Assembly: GCA_000320545.1 (NCBI GenBank)
Contig: ADNK01000135.1
Coordinates: 93,611 to 157,610, forward strand
DNA from: Bigelowiella natans CCMP2755
Taxonomy: Eukaryota > Protista > Cercozoa
Direction of reading: 5' to 3'
Length of the DNA: 64,000 nt
Below, in pieces: positions 18,968-30,527 of this stretch. The number at the start of each line of letters is the position of its first letter. Positions within the stretch are counted from its first letter, which is position 1. The translations under genes were made by a program, and so were the position numbers. The notes beneath the pieces were generated by a model, which saw only the letters and a list, made by a program, of their open reading frames with translations, was not told where the DNA came from and did no database searches.

Positions 18968-21782
18968 TGCCATGTGATTGCATTTCTGATGCGGAGAACA
19001 ATTTTGAGTCACACAAATGCATGTTCATGTGTCACATTGACATCAAGCAATGCAATTCACATTTTGGTGAAATGGTTGAATGTGGTGATGATTTGAGGGA
19101 CTGTCTGGTCTGTGCTTCACGCTGGCTTTTGATCCTGCTTTCACGTGAAACAACGACAGATCACAGCAAGTCTCTTTCATGGAAATTGCAAATTGGACCG
19201 GCAATGTCACAGCATCGCACTCTGCACAGCTAGACAGACACGCAAGGCTGCACAGCGCACTGGCGCACCCGGATTCAGAACACACGTTCTCTGAGACACG
19301 CTGGCACGTGTGACTGATTGAGAACAGGTGTGTGAAACTGCACGTGCGTGCGCTGTGCAGACACGTGAGGCCATGCAACTCATGCATCCACACACGTGGC
19401 AGGAAACAACCATTGCATCGTGTGTTCCACGACTGGTGCTGCGCCCGTGGTCACGTCGATTTTTTCACGTGCGTCCAAGCGCACGTCCGCAAGCGGCCGT
19501 GTCTTGTTGCGCTCAAAAACAGAAGACTGTTGTCAACTTTTGCAATTTTGCGTCTCAGCACACCGGACCTTCGCCATTCGAGAGCCGCTGTCGTGGTGCG
19601 TTTCCCACTCAAATTGCGCAGAGTTTCGAGCAAGGCAAAAAAAGTCGATTTTGAGCGTTTTTTCATGCACTTGCGGCGGGCATCGCCAAATCGTGTGGCA
19701 ATGCAGCCTGCACTTGTGCAAGTCATTGCGTGCCAGCGTGCAATTTTCACATCAACGTGCGTGCGATTGGTGAGTGGTGCACGCAACGTGTGAACTCGGC
19801 GACGCCTGGCCAGCTGGAGCCATTGTTGTTGCCGAACGTTGTCAATTTGGGTGCTTTGGGAACGCCTTTTGCGTGTTTTTTCTTCCCACTCTTGTTTTTT
19901 CGAGACGGAGCAGAGCAAGCAGGTTTCTTTCTTTTGGACTGGTGTTGCAAACGGAAAGGAAAGCAGGAGTGTTGTGAAAGGAGGAGTCTTGGGAACAAAA
20001 AGGAAAGGAGGAGTGTCACGAAAGGAGGAGTGTCACCAAGGAGGAGAGGAGAAGTGTTGCAAACAAAAAGGAAAGGAGGAGTGTCACGAAAGGAGGAGTG
20101 TCACGAACAGGAAGGAAAGGAGGAGTGTCACGAACAGGGAGGAAAGGAGGAGTGTTGCAAGAAAAGGAGTGTTGTGAACAAAAAGGAAAGGAGAAGTGTT
20201 GTGAACAGAGAGGAAAGGAGGAGTGTCGTGAAAGGAGGAGTGTTGTCAAGAAGGAAAGGAGAAGTGTCACAAACAGGAAGGAAAGGATGCGTCGTCCACG
20301 AACTCTTCTTTTGCTCCAGGAGACTGAGAGGGCGTGCAGCCTGCAGGCCCTTCACTCATTGCACGGCAGAGAGTCGGCGGCAGCAGGAGGACCCCACACT
20401 TCCCAAGACGTGGTTCGAAGTTGCAGGCTGGCTCCAAGCACCGGCATTGGAACTCGAACGTGAGGACGATGTCACGCCCATCGAGTTCGTGAAAACTTGC
20501 TCCCGTTGCACGCAACGTGCCAACAGGAAGCTCCGCGATTTCTCCCTCGACGGTGACTTCGAGGACGACTTCGTTGCTTTCGACCTCGAACAAGCTGACG
20601 ACAAAGAGTTCCCAGGTGCTCCAGTCTTCGAGCAACTTCCGCCACCGCCCCAAGGAGGAGCAAAGCCTCCGAGGCCTCCTCCGTTGAAGCGACAACGGCA
20701 CGACTCTCCTTGTCCTCCAACGCCATCGCCAACCACTTCGTGGTCACCTCTCTTGGTTGGGTCTGAGGACTTCCAAGAAGCCTTGTGGGAGGACCAGTCT
20801 TCTTGCTGCTCCAAGGACCCCCGAGCCACCAAGCGTGTCAAGGAAGAGCACCGTTCTGCTCACGCCAGCACGCTGGCACGCTCGTGAAGTCTGAGGACTT
20901 GCGGTCTGGGTGCTGTCAAGTCGTGGCGCCAACCCACTGAAGGCAGACGTTGGTCCGCACCTTGCGGGGGAAACAGGGTCCCAGCGCAAAAATCGAACGA
21001 ACGAGTGGGAAAAGGCTCCAGCAAAGTCTGCATTGAAGCCTGCGTGCAACCAACGTCGCACGAAGTTTCCCAGGTCGAACGAAGAGTCCTGGGAAGGACA
21101 ATCGTGCAGCTGCGTCAATGGACTTCGATGAACAGAGGGGCGCAGAGCACGAAACGTTGACCAACAAACGCTGGCACGTCAATTGTCGTGCCAGAACGTT
21201 CGAAGTTGCAGTGACGAGTGAACGTTTGGGCCTGTTCAACCTCGTTCGCAACTGCTCGTTGACCCGTTCCAGAGTTTGGAGGAGGACAGCAAAAAAAGCA
21301 AAGCCGTGGGACTTCCCGGGAAGCAGTGAACGCACGAAACGTTGTGGTGCGTTTCAGCGTTGGTGGTTCCGCCAACGTGCAGCTGAACCAGCCAGCCAGT
21401 GAACTTGCACGAAAAGTCACCAGGACCAGAGGAGTGCTCACTCCTGACCCACTTCCTCCTCCGAAAAGTGAACGAGCAAACTGACTCGATGAACGAGTGA
21501 AGTCTCCAATGGTTCAGCTGGAAGGATCGTTGTGGACGTGCGTTGAGTTTGCTCCTTCCTGAACAAACAAGAGCATCGTTTCCACTCGCCGGCGTCCACG
21601 AACGAGTGAATGGCAACAAGACCAACAGAGTGTTTCCAAGCACACAAGGAAAAGACCACAACGGAAAAAGTGGTTGTGCCTCTGGGACCTGAATTGCGGT
21701 CATTGAACGTTGAACACCAAACGAAGCGTGTCAGCGGTCAGAAAAAGAAGGAAGCGCACACTTGCTTCCTTGGAAGGAGGGG
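18968..21782. other. TpA-free hypermutated island A (probable decayed repeat/TE DNA)
   Basis: Read line by line, only one TA (in CTAG at ~19230) lies between the ABC stop codon and the TA at 21783. ApT is also scarce in the core. Overlapping Tyr-free ORFs occur in all six frames because TAA/TAG cannot form. Confidence 0.9.
19941..20288 (+). repeat. Degenerate purine-rich minisatellite (core GAAAGGAGGAGTGT-NNNN-AA), ~14 copies
   Basis: Repeated gaggagtgt/gagaagtgt followed by tgtg, cacg, tgca, cgtg or caca, then aa(c/a). Confidence 0.85.
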
Positions 21783-21789
21783 TAGTTTC

Positions 21790-22860
21790 TGCTTGCAAGT
21801 TGAATCTTGGTGACACAGGAAAATGCAGTCCAATTTCGTCCAATGATTTGGATTCTTGTTGTCTTCTGTCTGAAATCTCAAGTGGGCCTCCTTGGTTCTT
21901 CCATCGACCAAACAATGTTTCAGCTTGACCCTCACCTTCCGGGGTCCGCATTTTCCCGAGTTCCTCTGCAATTAGGAACAATCGACAATTACATTCAGGC
22001 ATTATGGAGACAAAGGGCATGAAAGAAGGGTACATCTACCAGAAATGCTTCCGAATTTTGTTGCAGTAGCAGGAAATTTCCTACCTGCGTTCGGAGCCCA
22101 AATGGGCACTCAAATTCATGCACATGATCACACTTTTGTGTTGTCGCATTCATGAGAGGCCATTCGTTCCTAACTTTGTCCTCACAAACGAAGAACAACC
22201 AGATTTGACCCCCCCACTCTGAATCCACATCCTCATCCATTCCGAACATAACGGGGACTGTTTGTCAACTTCCATTTTAAATAATGATATCACGAGCTGC
22301 TGCAACAGCGTTTGTGATACCCACGGTGCTCGGTGTTCTCCTCGCCACAGTTTCTTCAATCATGCTGTTCCGAAAGGTCAACTAATCATGAGGGAAAGGA
22401 ACCGTGATTGAAGCTATGAATACTTGAAACCAAATATTTTCACGCAAGGCATTTCTTAGATTTAACTCTTATAAACGCTTTTACCGACTAACTCTACAGG
22501 CCCAAAGACCGTTCGCTTTCGGTGGTCAACTTCTTTCCACAATGGGATCTGCACGGGTAATAATTGTCAATGATGATTGTAAAAGTATAGTTGGAGATCT
22601 CCGTTAGTATTTTTGCGTATTTATTTAAAAACTTGGCGTTTTCTCATGTACAAATGTTCAAAAGGAATCGCCACTGCTGGGAAACTTCCAGCGTGTATAC
22701 CCTTTACACACGGAGAGAGAGGTTAATCATCAACCTTCGATGTTCGTGAAGATAAGCCAAGATTCTGCGAAAATACAGAGGAAAGCTGGAAACGATATTT
22801 ATTTCATCAACGAGCAGTTCCAACATGAAAATGATTCGTAGTAACGCTTACGTCTACTTC
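21790..22860 (-). pseudogene. Coding-like minus-strand segment of unknown function whose 3' part runs into the TpA-depleted halo
   Basis: Adjacent minus-strand ORFs (21700-22035, 21995-22249, 22150-22359) with protein-like composition. No motif recognised. Confidence 0.3.
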
Positions 22861-23139
22861 TGAAGTGAGCATAGTTTTTTTTTTTTTTTAAACATCTTTC
22901 TACTTGTAAATAAGCCTGAGATGGGTTAGAATGACGAGGTGAATATTCATAGTATTCCTACGGAGGATAGTAAGAGTTGAATGTATGCAGCGTACATTGC
23001 TCAATGCAGTGAAAGATAAACCCTGTCCATGTATGTATAGAATAAACCAACTGACCATTTCAAAAACATTGATAACATATTCGTGACCTATTAAATCGAT
23101 CATTTATCAATTTCATTGATGCAATTGTAATCACATATA

Positions 23140-24060
23140 GGATGAACGCAATGCAGTAGCGCTACTAGCTGTGTCATGATTGCAGAGCGCGCTCATGAAG
23201 CATAGCTAGATGTAGTCTAGACTAGCAGATAGCACACACCTGCGCTACACCATTATATAGCTAGATAGCCCGCATGCCTCATTCTACATGATGAGCATAG
23301 TGCTACACTGTACATATGTGCACTCAGCTAGTACATGCACTAGTGCACAACATTCATGTGCTCTACTGCGGTCTGGCGGTTGTGAATGTGGGGCATGCAG
23401 CACTACTAGACTAGAGCATGTGCTAGTGCACCCGCACGCATTGTCAACACGTTTGTGTGTCTAGCTAGTAGCTATATAAGCTAGCTAGACGCATCGTGCG
23501 ATGAGTCATGCTAGCATGCATCTAGATGTGTCTAGATGTTTGTGGAATGGGGTCAGCTGCACATTGCACCTCTAGACCTGTGCACAGCCATCTCTAGCTA
23601 GCTAGCTAGGTGTGACGAATCTGCATCGTTTGTTGCATCGCGCCATCTAGCTAGATAGCATGCTAGCTAGCATGTCAATCGAGCATGCCGTCTAGCTAGC
23701 TAGCCGCACCTAGCTAGCTAGCTAGCTAGGTCTAGAGGTGCGTGCGGATGCCTAGCTCCAGAGCTAACTAGCTAGCTAGACTAGTGGATGCTTCACTGCG
23801 CCGTGCTAGCGTGGCTAGCTAGATCTAGAGATTGACGCGCGATGTTGCACCGTTTCATCTAGTGCTGCGTGCGTGCGAAGCAATGGTGACATAGCAGCCC
23901 TAACAGCAACAGACTGACAGGCTAGCAGGGCTCGCTCGACATGTGCTATGCTAGCATGCTTGGGCTGCATCTAGAGATCGACGTGGCCACACCGCACCTC
24001 ATGTCAGACACCTGCTTGCGCATGCTGCATCATGAATCTACTACTACGCACTGATAGAGT
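23140..24060. other. CTAG/(AGCT)n-rich, partly TpA-depleted island B
   Basis: Dense gctagctagctag, gcatgc and tgca motifs. Most remaining TAs lie in CTA/TAG. The ORF track lists no ORF here. Confidence 0.75.
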
Positions 24061-24348
24061 GCCTTTCCGTTGCTTGTTTATAATATTCGCTCTGTTCTAC
24101 ATACGGAAAGTCGTGAAGGACGGCACTATTGCTACTGCTGAAGCAACAATTTATCACTATTAGATTTAATTTTTATATGTCATTTCTTCATCATTCGACG
24201 ACGATGGGACATATGCCTTTGAGAAGTGTTCCTGAATCTTTGATGAACAAGTGACCATAATTTATCTTCCCTTACGAAGCGCTAATTCTCTACTATTTTA
24301 CGGGAAAATGATAACTGTAAAAAGGTGTAAATTGAATGCACGGCAGAC

Positions 24349-24969
24349 CTAAGATATGTGTTTCAGTCTATCCTTTAAGGGCCCAATATAAATCCTCAAT
24401 GCTTCCTGCTGAGCATGCTTATTCCGAGAATAGTAGTTCCTCAGAAGCTTGCGGGAGAGATACTTGTAATTTTGCTCTTTTGTGGTGACGTTGATCATAT
24501 CCCCCAAAGCTGAATATCTTAACGAGTTCCTGGTTGAGAAATATTTTTGGAGACACAATACACGGCATTGTCCCTTGATATCGTTGTTCATGCTGCATGA
24601 GATCCTGATACTCGGTCGAGCGCTATCAATAACCCCGTAGGGTTTTGAACAATACGCCCATTCATCCACAATATCTCTTCTAATGAAGATTTGAAGCAGG
24701 TTTCCGATTGGCTTTAATGGTGACACTACACCAGCTTTACCAAAAGTATCAAGAGGAAAGTGGTAATCAGATGCGAGTTTTTTTATTTCCTTTTTTAACG
24801 AGGCTATCTGTGCCAAGCCAAGAATTTTATCGATCAGGCCAACGATGTTTCCCGCACAGTAACCATAACCAAAGTTTTCGGGTATTGCTTCGTTCGCAGC
24901 CAAAGAGGTGTTCGCGCAAATAGCTCCCCCTTTGAAGTCTGGATGATGATCGTTTTTGCAGGTCCACAC
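24349..24969 (-). pseudogene. Intronless fragment of a hypothetical protein, 5'-truncated, probably frameshifted
   Basis: 206-aa ORF (NDHHPDFKGG...GNLLQIFIRRDIVDEWAYCSKPYG...GQCRVL) with no ATG at its start. It begins at the edge of island C. A shifted frame near 24550 (PKIFLNQELVKIFSFGGYDQRHHKRAKLQ) reads as a more natural continuation. Confidence 0.45.
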
Positions 24970-25740
24970 GGCTGGACGGGGTGCTAGGTGACCCAGTGAC
25001 CCAACTAGCCAACGAAAAACGCAGCCAGCGTGCGTGCTGGCTAGCTGGCGTGTGCCGGTGCAACAATCGTTGCCGAAAAGTCGTCACAGCCGGATCGGAG
25101 GGTCACACATCAGGTGCATGTGACATGATCAACAACGATGCGTGCCAGCGTGCGCGTGCGAGGCCTTCTAGCCCACGTCTAGACGTGCTGGTGGTGCAAT
25201 GTCATTGGTGTTGAACTGAACCTTGCTAGCTTGTCAGCTAGAAACGCAAAAACTTGTCGCAGAAGTTGGCAAACCTCATCTGCAACTGACTTCTTTGTGA
25301 CCAGTCAACGTTGCACTAACAAGCTAGTTCTAGAGTTCACAGCATGCATCGCATGGTTTCACGGTGTGCAATTTGATTGCATGAAACACATTGTAGCGGA
25401 GACCAACAGATTCAACATTAGCGCTTTAGCCGCTGCATTGCACAACTACATGAGGGTGCATGCTAGCATGACCATTAAACAAATTTAACAAATTGATTGC
25501 ATCCGTCTTGCGGTGTGCAATACGTGCACATGCAGATGTTGCTGTCCACAATTGCTAGATTCGATAGACTGCTAGACTAGTCCACGCGATGAACGCGCAT
25601 GGTCACGCAAGTGATTTTGTATGTGCAGGCACATCTGCACAGTGGTCAAGCTGCACATCACATTGTTGTCCGAGGATCTTCAAGCTCACGCATTGACTAG
25701 TGATGAGCGATGCGATGTTCCATCGCATTACAATGTTTGT
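24960..25740. other. TpA-depleted island C with CTAG spared
   Basis: In 24960-25335 nearly every TA is in CTAG (gctagg, actagc, gctagc, tctagc, tctaga, gctagc, gctaga, gctagt, tctaga), plus one CTAA. Confidence 0.85.
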
Positions 25741-25809
25741 AATGACCGACATTGACATTTACACATTTTTTTTATAATTTTCTTCGCAATGAATGACGAC
25801 ATTAAACAA

Positions 25810-26310
25810 TCATGTTTTCAAATTTTGAAGCAAAGAGTCCGCGGCATTTTTCCCACTCGTTATGCAATCGTGAACCTTCTCGACAAAACAAATCAAAACC
25901 AACACAATGACACGTGATTTCACAGTTTTATTGACTTTTTCAAATATTATGGTGCGTCTCGTGAAATCATCATACCGAAACCCCATCAAACGATGCTCCA
26001 GCTACTTGCAAACTGGGAGGAAGATCTTCTCGAATGTCACAAACATTTTTTATGTGTCCAACCTGAGGTCGCACATGCATGGTATGGGATCGATATTACT
26101 GCTTATTTTTGACCGACTAATGCTTCTCAACTCCACACTTTTTACAGCGTAGATGACCACCTGGTAGTGGGCAATAGACTCCTTTGCATATGATATATTG
26201 AACACCGCATCGTGAGGAGGCAATACCTACGAAATTTTAATATTTGTGGTAGTTAAATATGCATAAATTATTATCAGATACACACGCACGCACACACACA
26301 CACACACGCA

Positions 26311-26355
<45 letters not shown>

Positions 26356-26451
26356 CTCATCTACATATATAATCGGAGACTTACCCCTAAATGCTTGTAT
26401 ACCGCTTCCCTGCACGAATAAATAAGCAGTGAAGTAAGTTGTTACCACGTG

Positions 26452-26485
<34 letters not shown>

Positions 26486-26902
26486 TCATAATTACGGACT
26501 TCAAATTTATTGACGTTGTCTGTTTACTCCAGCTACTACTGCTATAGCTGCTACCGTGCTAGTGCTTCGAGTTTACTCTCAGAATAATTAAAGGCCTCCT
26601 CAATCTGATCCCCTCTGAAAAGTCAAACAGTTGTTAGTTAGTCAGTAGTAGGTACGGTGCATGACCAGATAACGTTGCAAATAAATATTCGAAGCAGCTC
26701 GCTCATCTTCCACGATTGCAGGAGTAGAGAAGAAAACAAAAGAATAATGGCATAGATGTAAGAAGTAGCATGATATCAGAGTTTCGTCGCGGTTTGAAAT
26801 GAGAGCGCGGTGTGATATGGGTGGTTGCTTGACCCTATCATAACGGTGTAGCGACGCTGAGAATCGCTTGCATCCCCATACCCTAGGAAATATACAGGAA
26901 GA

Positions 26903-26949
<47 letters not shown>

Positions 26950-27023
26950 GATGCACAGATTATACCCCCTGACTATCTTCATGTTCTATCGTATCAATAC
27001 TCTAAATCACATGATGTTTACGA

Positions 27024-27067
<44 letters not shown>

Positions 27068-27292
27068 TATTGAAAATTGCCCCCCCCCCCCCCCCCCTTC
27101 TCCCTTCCTACTCCTATGAAGGTAGCGAAGATTACATAACAACCACCTTTGAACACAGACGAGTGCCATATTATTCCCAAAGCGCTTTCTCCTTCTTTTC
27201 TAACAATTTTAAGTCTTTGGTTATGAACGGCTACGAAACGAGGACAATGCGATGTAATTAGCAGTCCTTAACCTTACACAGCATATATGAGT

Positions 27293-27334
<42 letters not shown>

Positions 27335-28558
27335 GGAGTGATAGTAGTAGTACTACTACTAGTAGTTGTTGTTGCTGTTGTAGTACCGTGGAATCAAGTG
27401 TCCAAATCCCTCCGGTAACATCTGATGATCCTGCTCCTCCTTGCTTGCGTTAAAGCCAACCGAGATAACTACGCAACTGAGCACAACAGAGAGCTATATC
27501 AGCATGTGTGTCTGTCTTCGGCAAAAATATTGATGATGATAATGATGATGATGATGATAATGATGATGATGATGATATAGGGGTTTCTCATGCGAGCAGT
27601 ATACCTACCAGCAGCAGAATGCTTATGATTGTATAGTGACAGTGACAGAGTAAACAGCATAGCAACATAGCAGTGATAGTGTACTATAACAGCAGACGAT
27701 CTACTTTTATACTCGCCAACGGCTCGAATCACTTCGGCTTCTTTTAGTATATATTTCGGTGATGTATATACAGCGCTTTTCGCAACTGTCTCGATTACTA
27801 CCTTCCTGTTTTATTGATAGTGCGAAGAAGATCTTTGCTGCATGAGAAGTCCTTACCCCCACTAACATCTTGTGTGTGTGCATAACCTTGGGATTCCGCA
27901 TTTAGAGCTTGAGACAACTTTTGTGCTGGAATAGCAACGACAACAGCGTCAAATGTCTCCGTTGATGATCGGTCCTCCGAGCCTAAAGAGAGAAATAATA
28001 AAGCCACAGCTTTGCCCAGGCATTCACTGCAGGAAACCACGGCGAACTTTGAGGTGTTTGCGACCGATGCGATGCTCATAAAAGACGTAGTAGTGCCCTT
28101 CATTTCCTCTATGAATATTGTCTTATACTAGATACCTGCTCCTCCAATTGTAAGAGTCACTGTCGGAGCAGCAGGATCAGCAGCACCATCAGCATCACCA
28201 AGAGACGCAGAAGGCGTCCCACAATCGACATTGCCGATGTTATGGCGATGAAACTTTATCGACTTCAGAGGAGCTTCTAGGCATATTTCCACCGGAGTTA
28301 GGTCACTTGCGATGCCACCGCTATTAAAAGGAGGAGAGGAGACAGAAGAAGAAGAAGAAGAGCTTGGATCGCTGAGATAATCAGCCAGCCGCGTGGGGAG
28401 ACTGCCCATTCCATGCCTTAGAAGTATGTAACAGGAGGAGGTGATAACTGTGATCATATTATCAATCATGATAATGCAACGACTACTAATCATCGGCATC
28501 TTCATTATGTAAATGCTCATCATTGCTGCTAGTGATGATTGGAATGGTAAACCGCATT

Positions 28559-28601
<43 letters not shown>

Positions 28602-30355
28602 TTATTATTTATCTTATGTTTCATATTCACGGAGAAGGGGAGAGAGGGGCAAGAGGATCAGTATCGAAATTGTAAATTATAATCACATTTATACGTATAT
28701 TCGAACATGTTTCAGATGGTGACTCCTCAAGTACCTGAAGGTATACGTATACGCTGGCGGAGCGTCATTTTCAAGATTCTCCTTCTGATCTCCTCTGTTA
28801 TCGTTAATACTGCTGCTGCCCACCCCCCAACGTGCCCGAATCAATGCCGCCAACTTGTGGAGTACCTGGGAGGGGAGAGACAGGAGAAACGAGAATTTTC
28901 AATGGGACGATGCTCCTCGTCGTCTTGCTCACTCTCTCTCTCTCCCTCTCTCTCTCTCTCACTCTCACTCTCACTCTCGTTGGAGATTCTAGCTGACAAT
29001 ATTGGACAGAGCAGCGTAAGAAATGAATATTGTTGTCTATTAACTAGAATAGCTAGCTACTGCTGCTACTACCGCCTTGGTGATGGACCCGAATTCCTGC
29101 TCCTAGTAGTGGGTAATTGCGTTATTACTATGATAATCACGCTCCAAGAGGATGATGATGACGGTGAAGACACAAATTGTAAAAAATCGTATCGTCGTAC
29201 CATTGCCTTCATGCGACTGAATGGCGATGCAGCTGCAGCGGAAAGCTGATAGGACGTGGGAAAAACCACGACGTTTTTAGTGGTTTGAGTGAGTAGTATA
29301 AGAATGGAGAAATAGAACTGATTATTATCACACACTACAGCGTCATGACAGCCTTTAACTACACCAGCCCTTCTACTACCTGATCTATACCACCAGCGTA
29401 TATTCCATTGACCATAGCATCACCATACTTTTCTGTGAATCGTTTGCCAAATCGTCTCGTCAGCATAGAAGCGACAGTCTCGTCGGCAGGACCACGCTCC
29501 TGAGTACAATTATGTGCACGAAACAACACCAGCACAACACCCATAAAGCACACGATTCAATGTTTATTTGTGGGAAGATCTGCATGAAGAAGTGGCTTAG
29601 ATGTAGCGCTCAGTCATCATTGAGAGCAGTAGGGTGCAGAGGACTTTGAACGGTTCCAGCAAGATTTGCGGGCATTCTCTAAGCAGCTGCAGCGGATCTA
29701 GTGATGATAATGATGATGGTGATGATGATGGTGATGATGATGATGATGGTTTAGTTACGGTACATGGGGAAAAGGGCAGTTAAGAGGACATCTGATGTGT
29801 CAATTGTAAAGTTTGAACGAAGATCTGTTGTTTTTATTCATCTAATAATATTAAAATACCTAGTTTCTGGAGACTTCCCTCAGCGTAAAGATATCGATTC
29901 TTGGCCATTTTGGTCGGAGCAAGAACCTAATGATCGGTTACTAGATGAGAAAACACACATTCGGGGGGGGGGGGGCTGATAGATGGATAGAACAAATCGA
30001 TTCATCTGTCTTCCTCACATCTTTGTCGAGTCCAATAGACTTGACGATATCCCACGTGTCTTCACCAGCAGGTGCACCTCGAAGGGTAGCTGGACCGCAT
30101 TCGAAAAGGAATTCGCCTGCAAGCAATGTGTTAGCAATCACGGCTAAGAGGCTGACGACCATCGTGCGAGATTCAGGAAGGAGGAGGAGGACAGAATTTT
30201 CCTCCAGGAATTTACACATCTGCATTACCTTTCCTCTTGGAGTGAATCCATCCTCCAACCTAACCGAGACAGCATACATAGTCGTCGTGTTTTTTGCTTG
30301 CATGTTGGTGTGCAGCGTGTAGGCTGCTGCGTTGGTGCAGATCACAAACGAAGAC

Positions 30356-30393
<38 letters not shown>

Positions 30394-30527
30394 AATACCC
30401 TATCCGATGCTTCAATGAGCTTTAGAGTAGATCCCTTTGGCAGACCTCTTTGCAGGTGGAACGCAGCTGACAGACCGGAGATGCCGCCTCCCACCACAGC
30501 TACTCGGAGGCTCTTGCCGGAAGCCAT
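25810..30527 (-). CDS. PPOX: Protoporphyrinogen IX oxidase (HemY/PPOX type, FAD-dependent), multi-exon
   Basis: MASGKSLRVAVVGGGISGLSAAFHL...IEASDR|VGGWI; FLFECGPATLR; DETVASMLTRRFGK...MVNGIYAGGIDQLS; GMGSLPTRL; FDAVVVAIPA; PEGFGHLIPR; ALGIIWHSSVF; IAHYQ|VGH...VAGASFDGVS|VHDCITSGKNAA...KT* (stop 25810-25812). An extra upstream exon is possible (donor near 30666). Confidence 0.92.

Noticed and set aside
19941-20288. CRISPR-like array
   Set aside because: Units are adjacent and degenerate with no unique spacers, there are no cas genes, and the context is eukaryotic.
18968-21782. Classical RIP or CpG-methylation decay as cause of the islands
   Set aside because: Those processes create TpA/TpG and deplete CpA/CpG; here TpA is absent and CpG/CpA are abundant.
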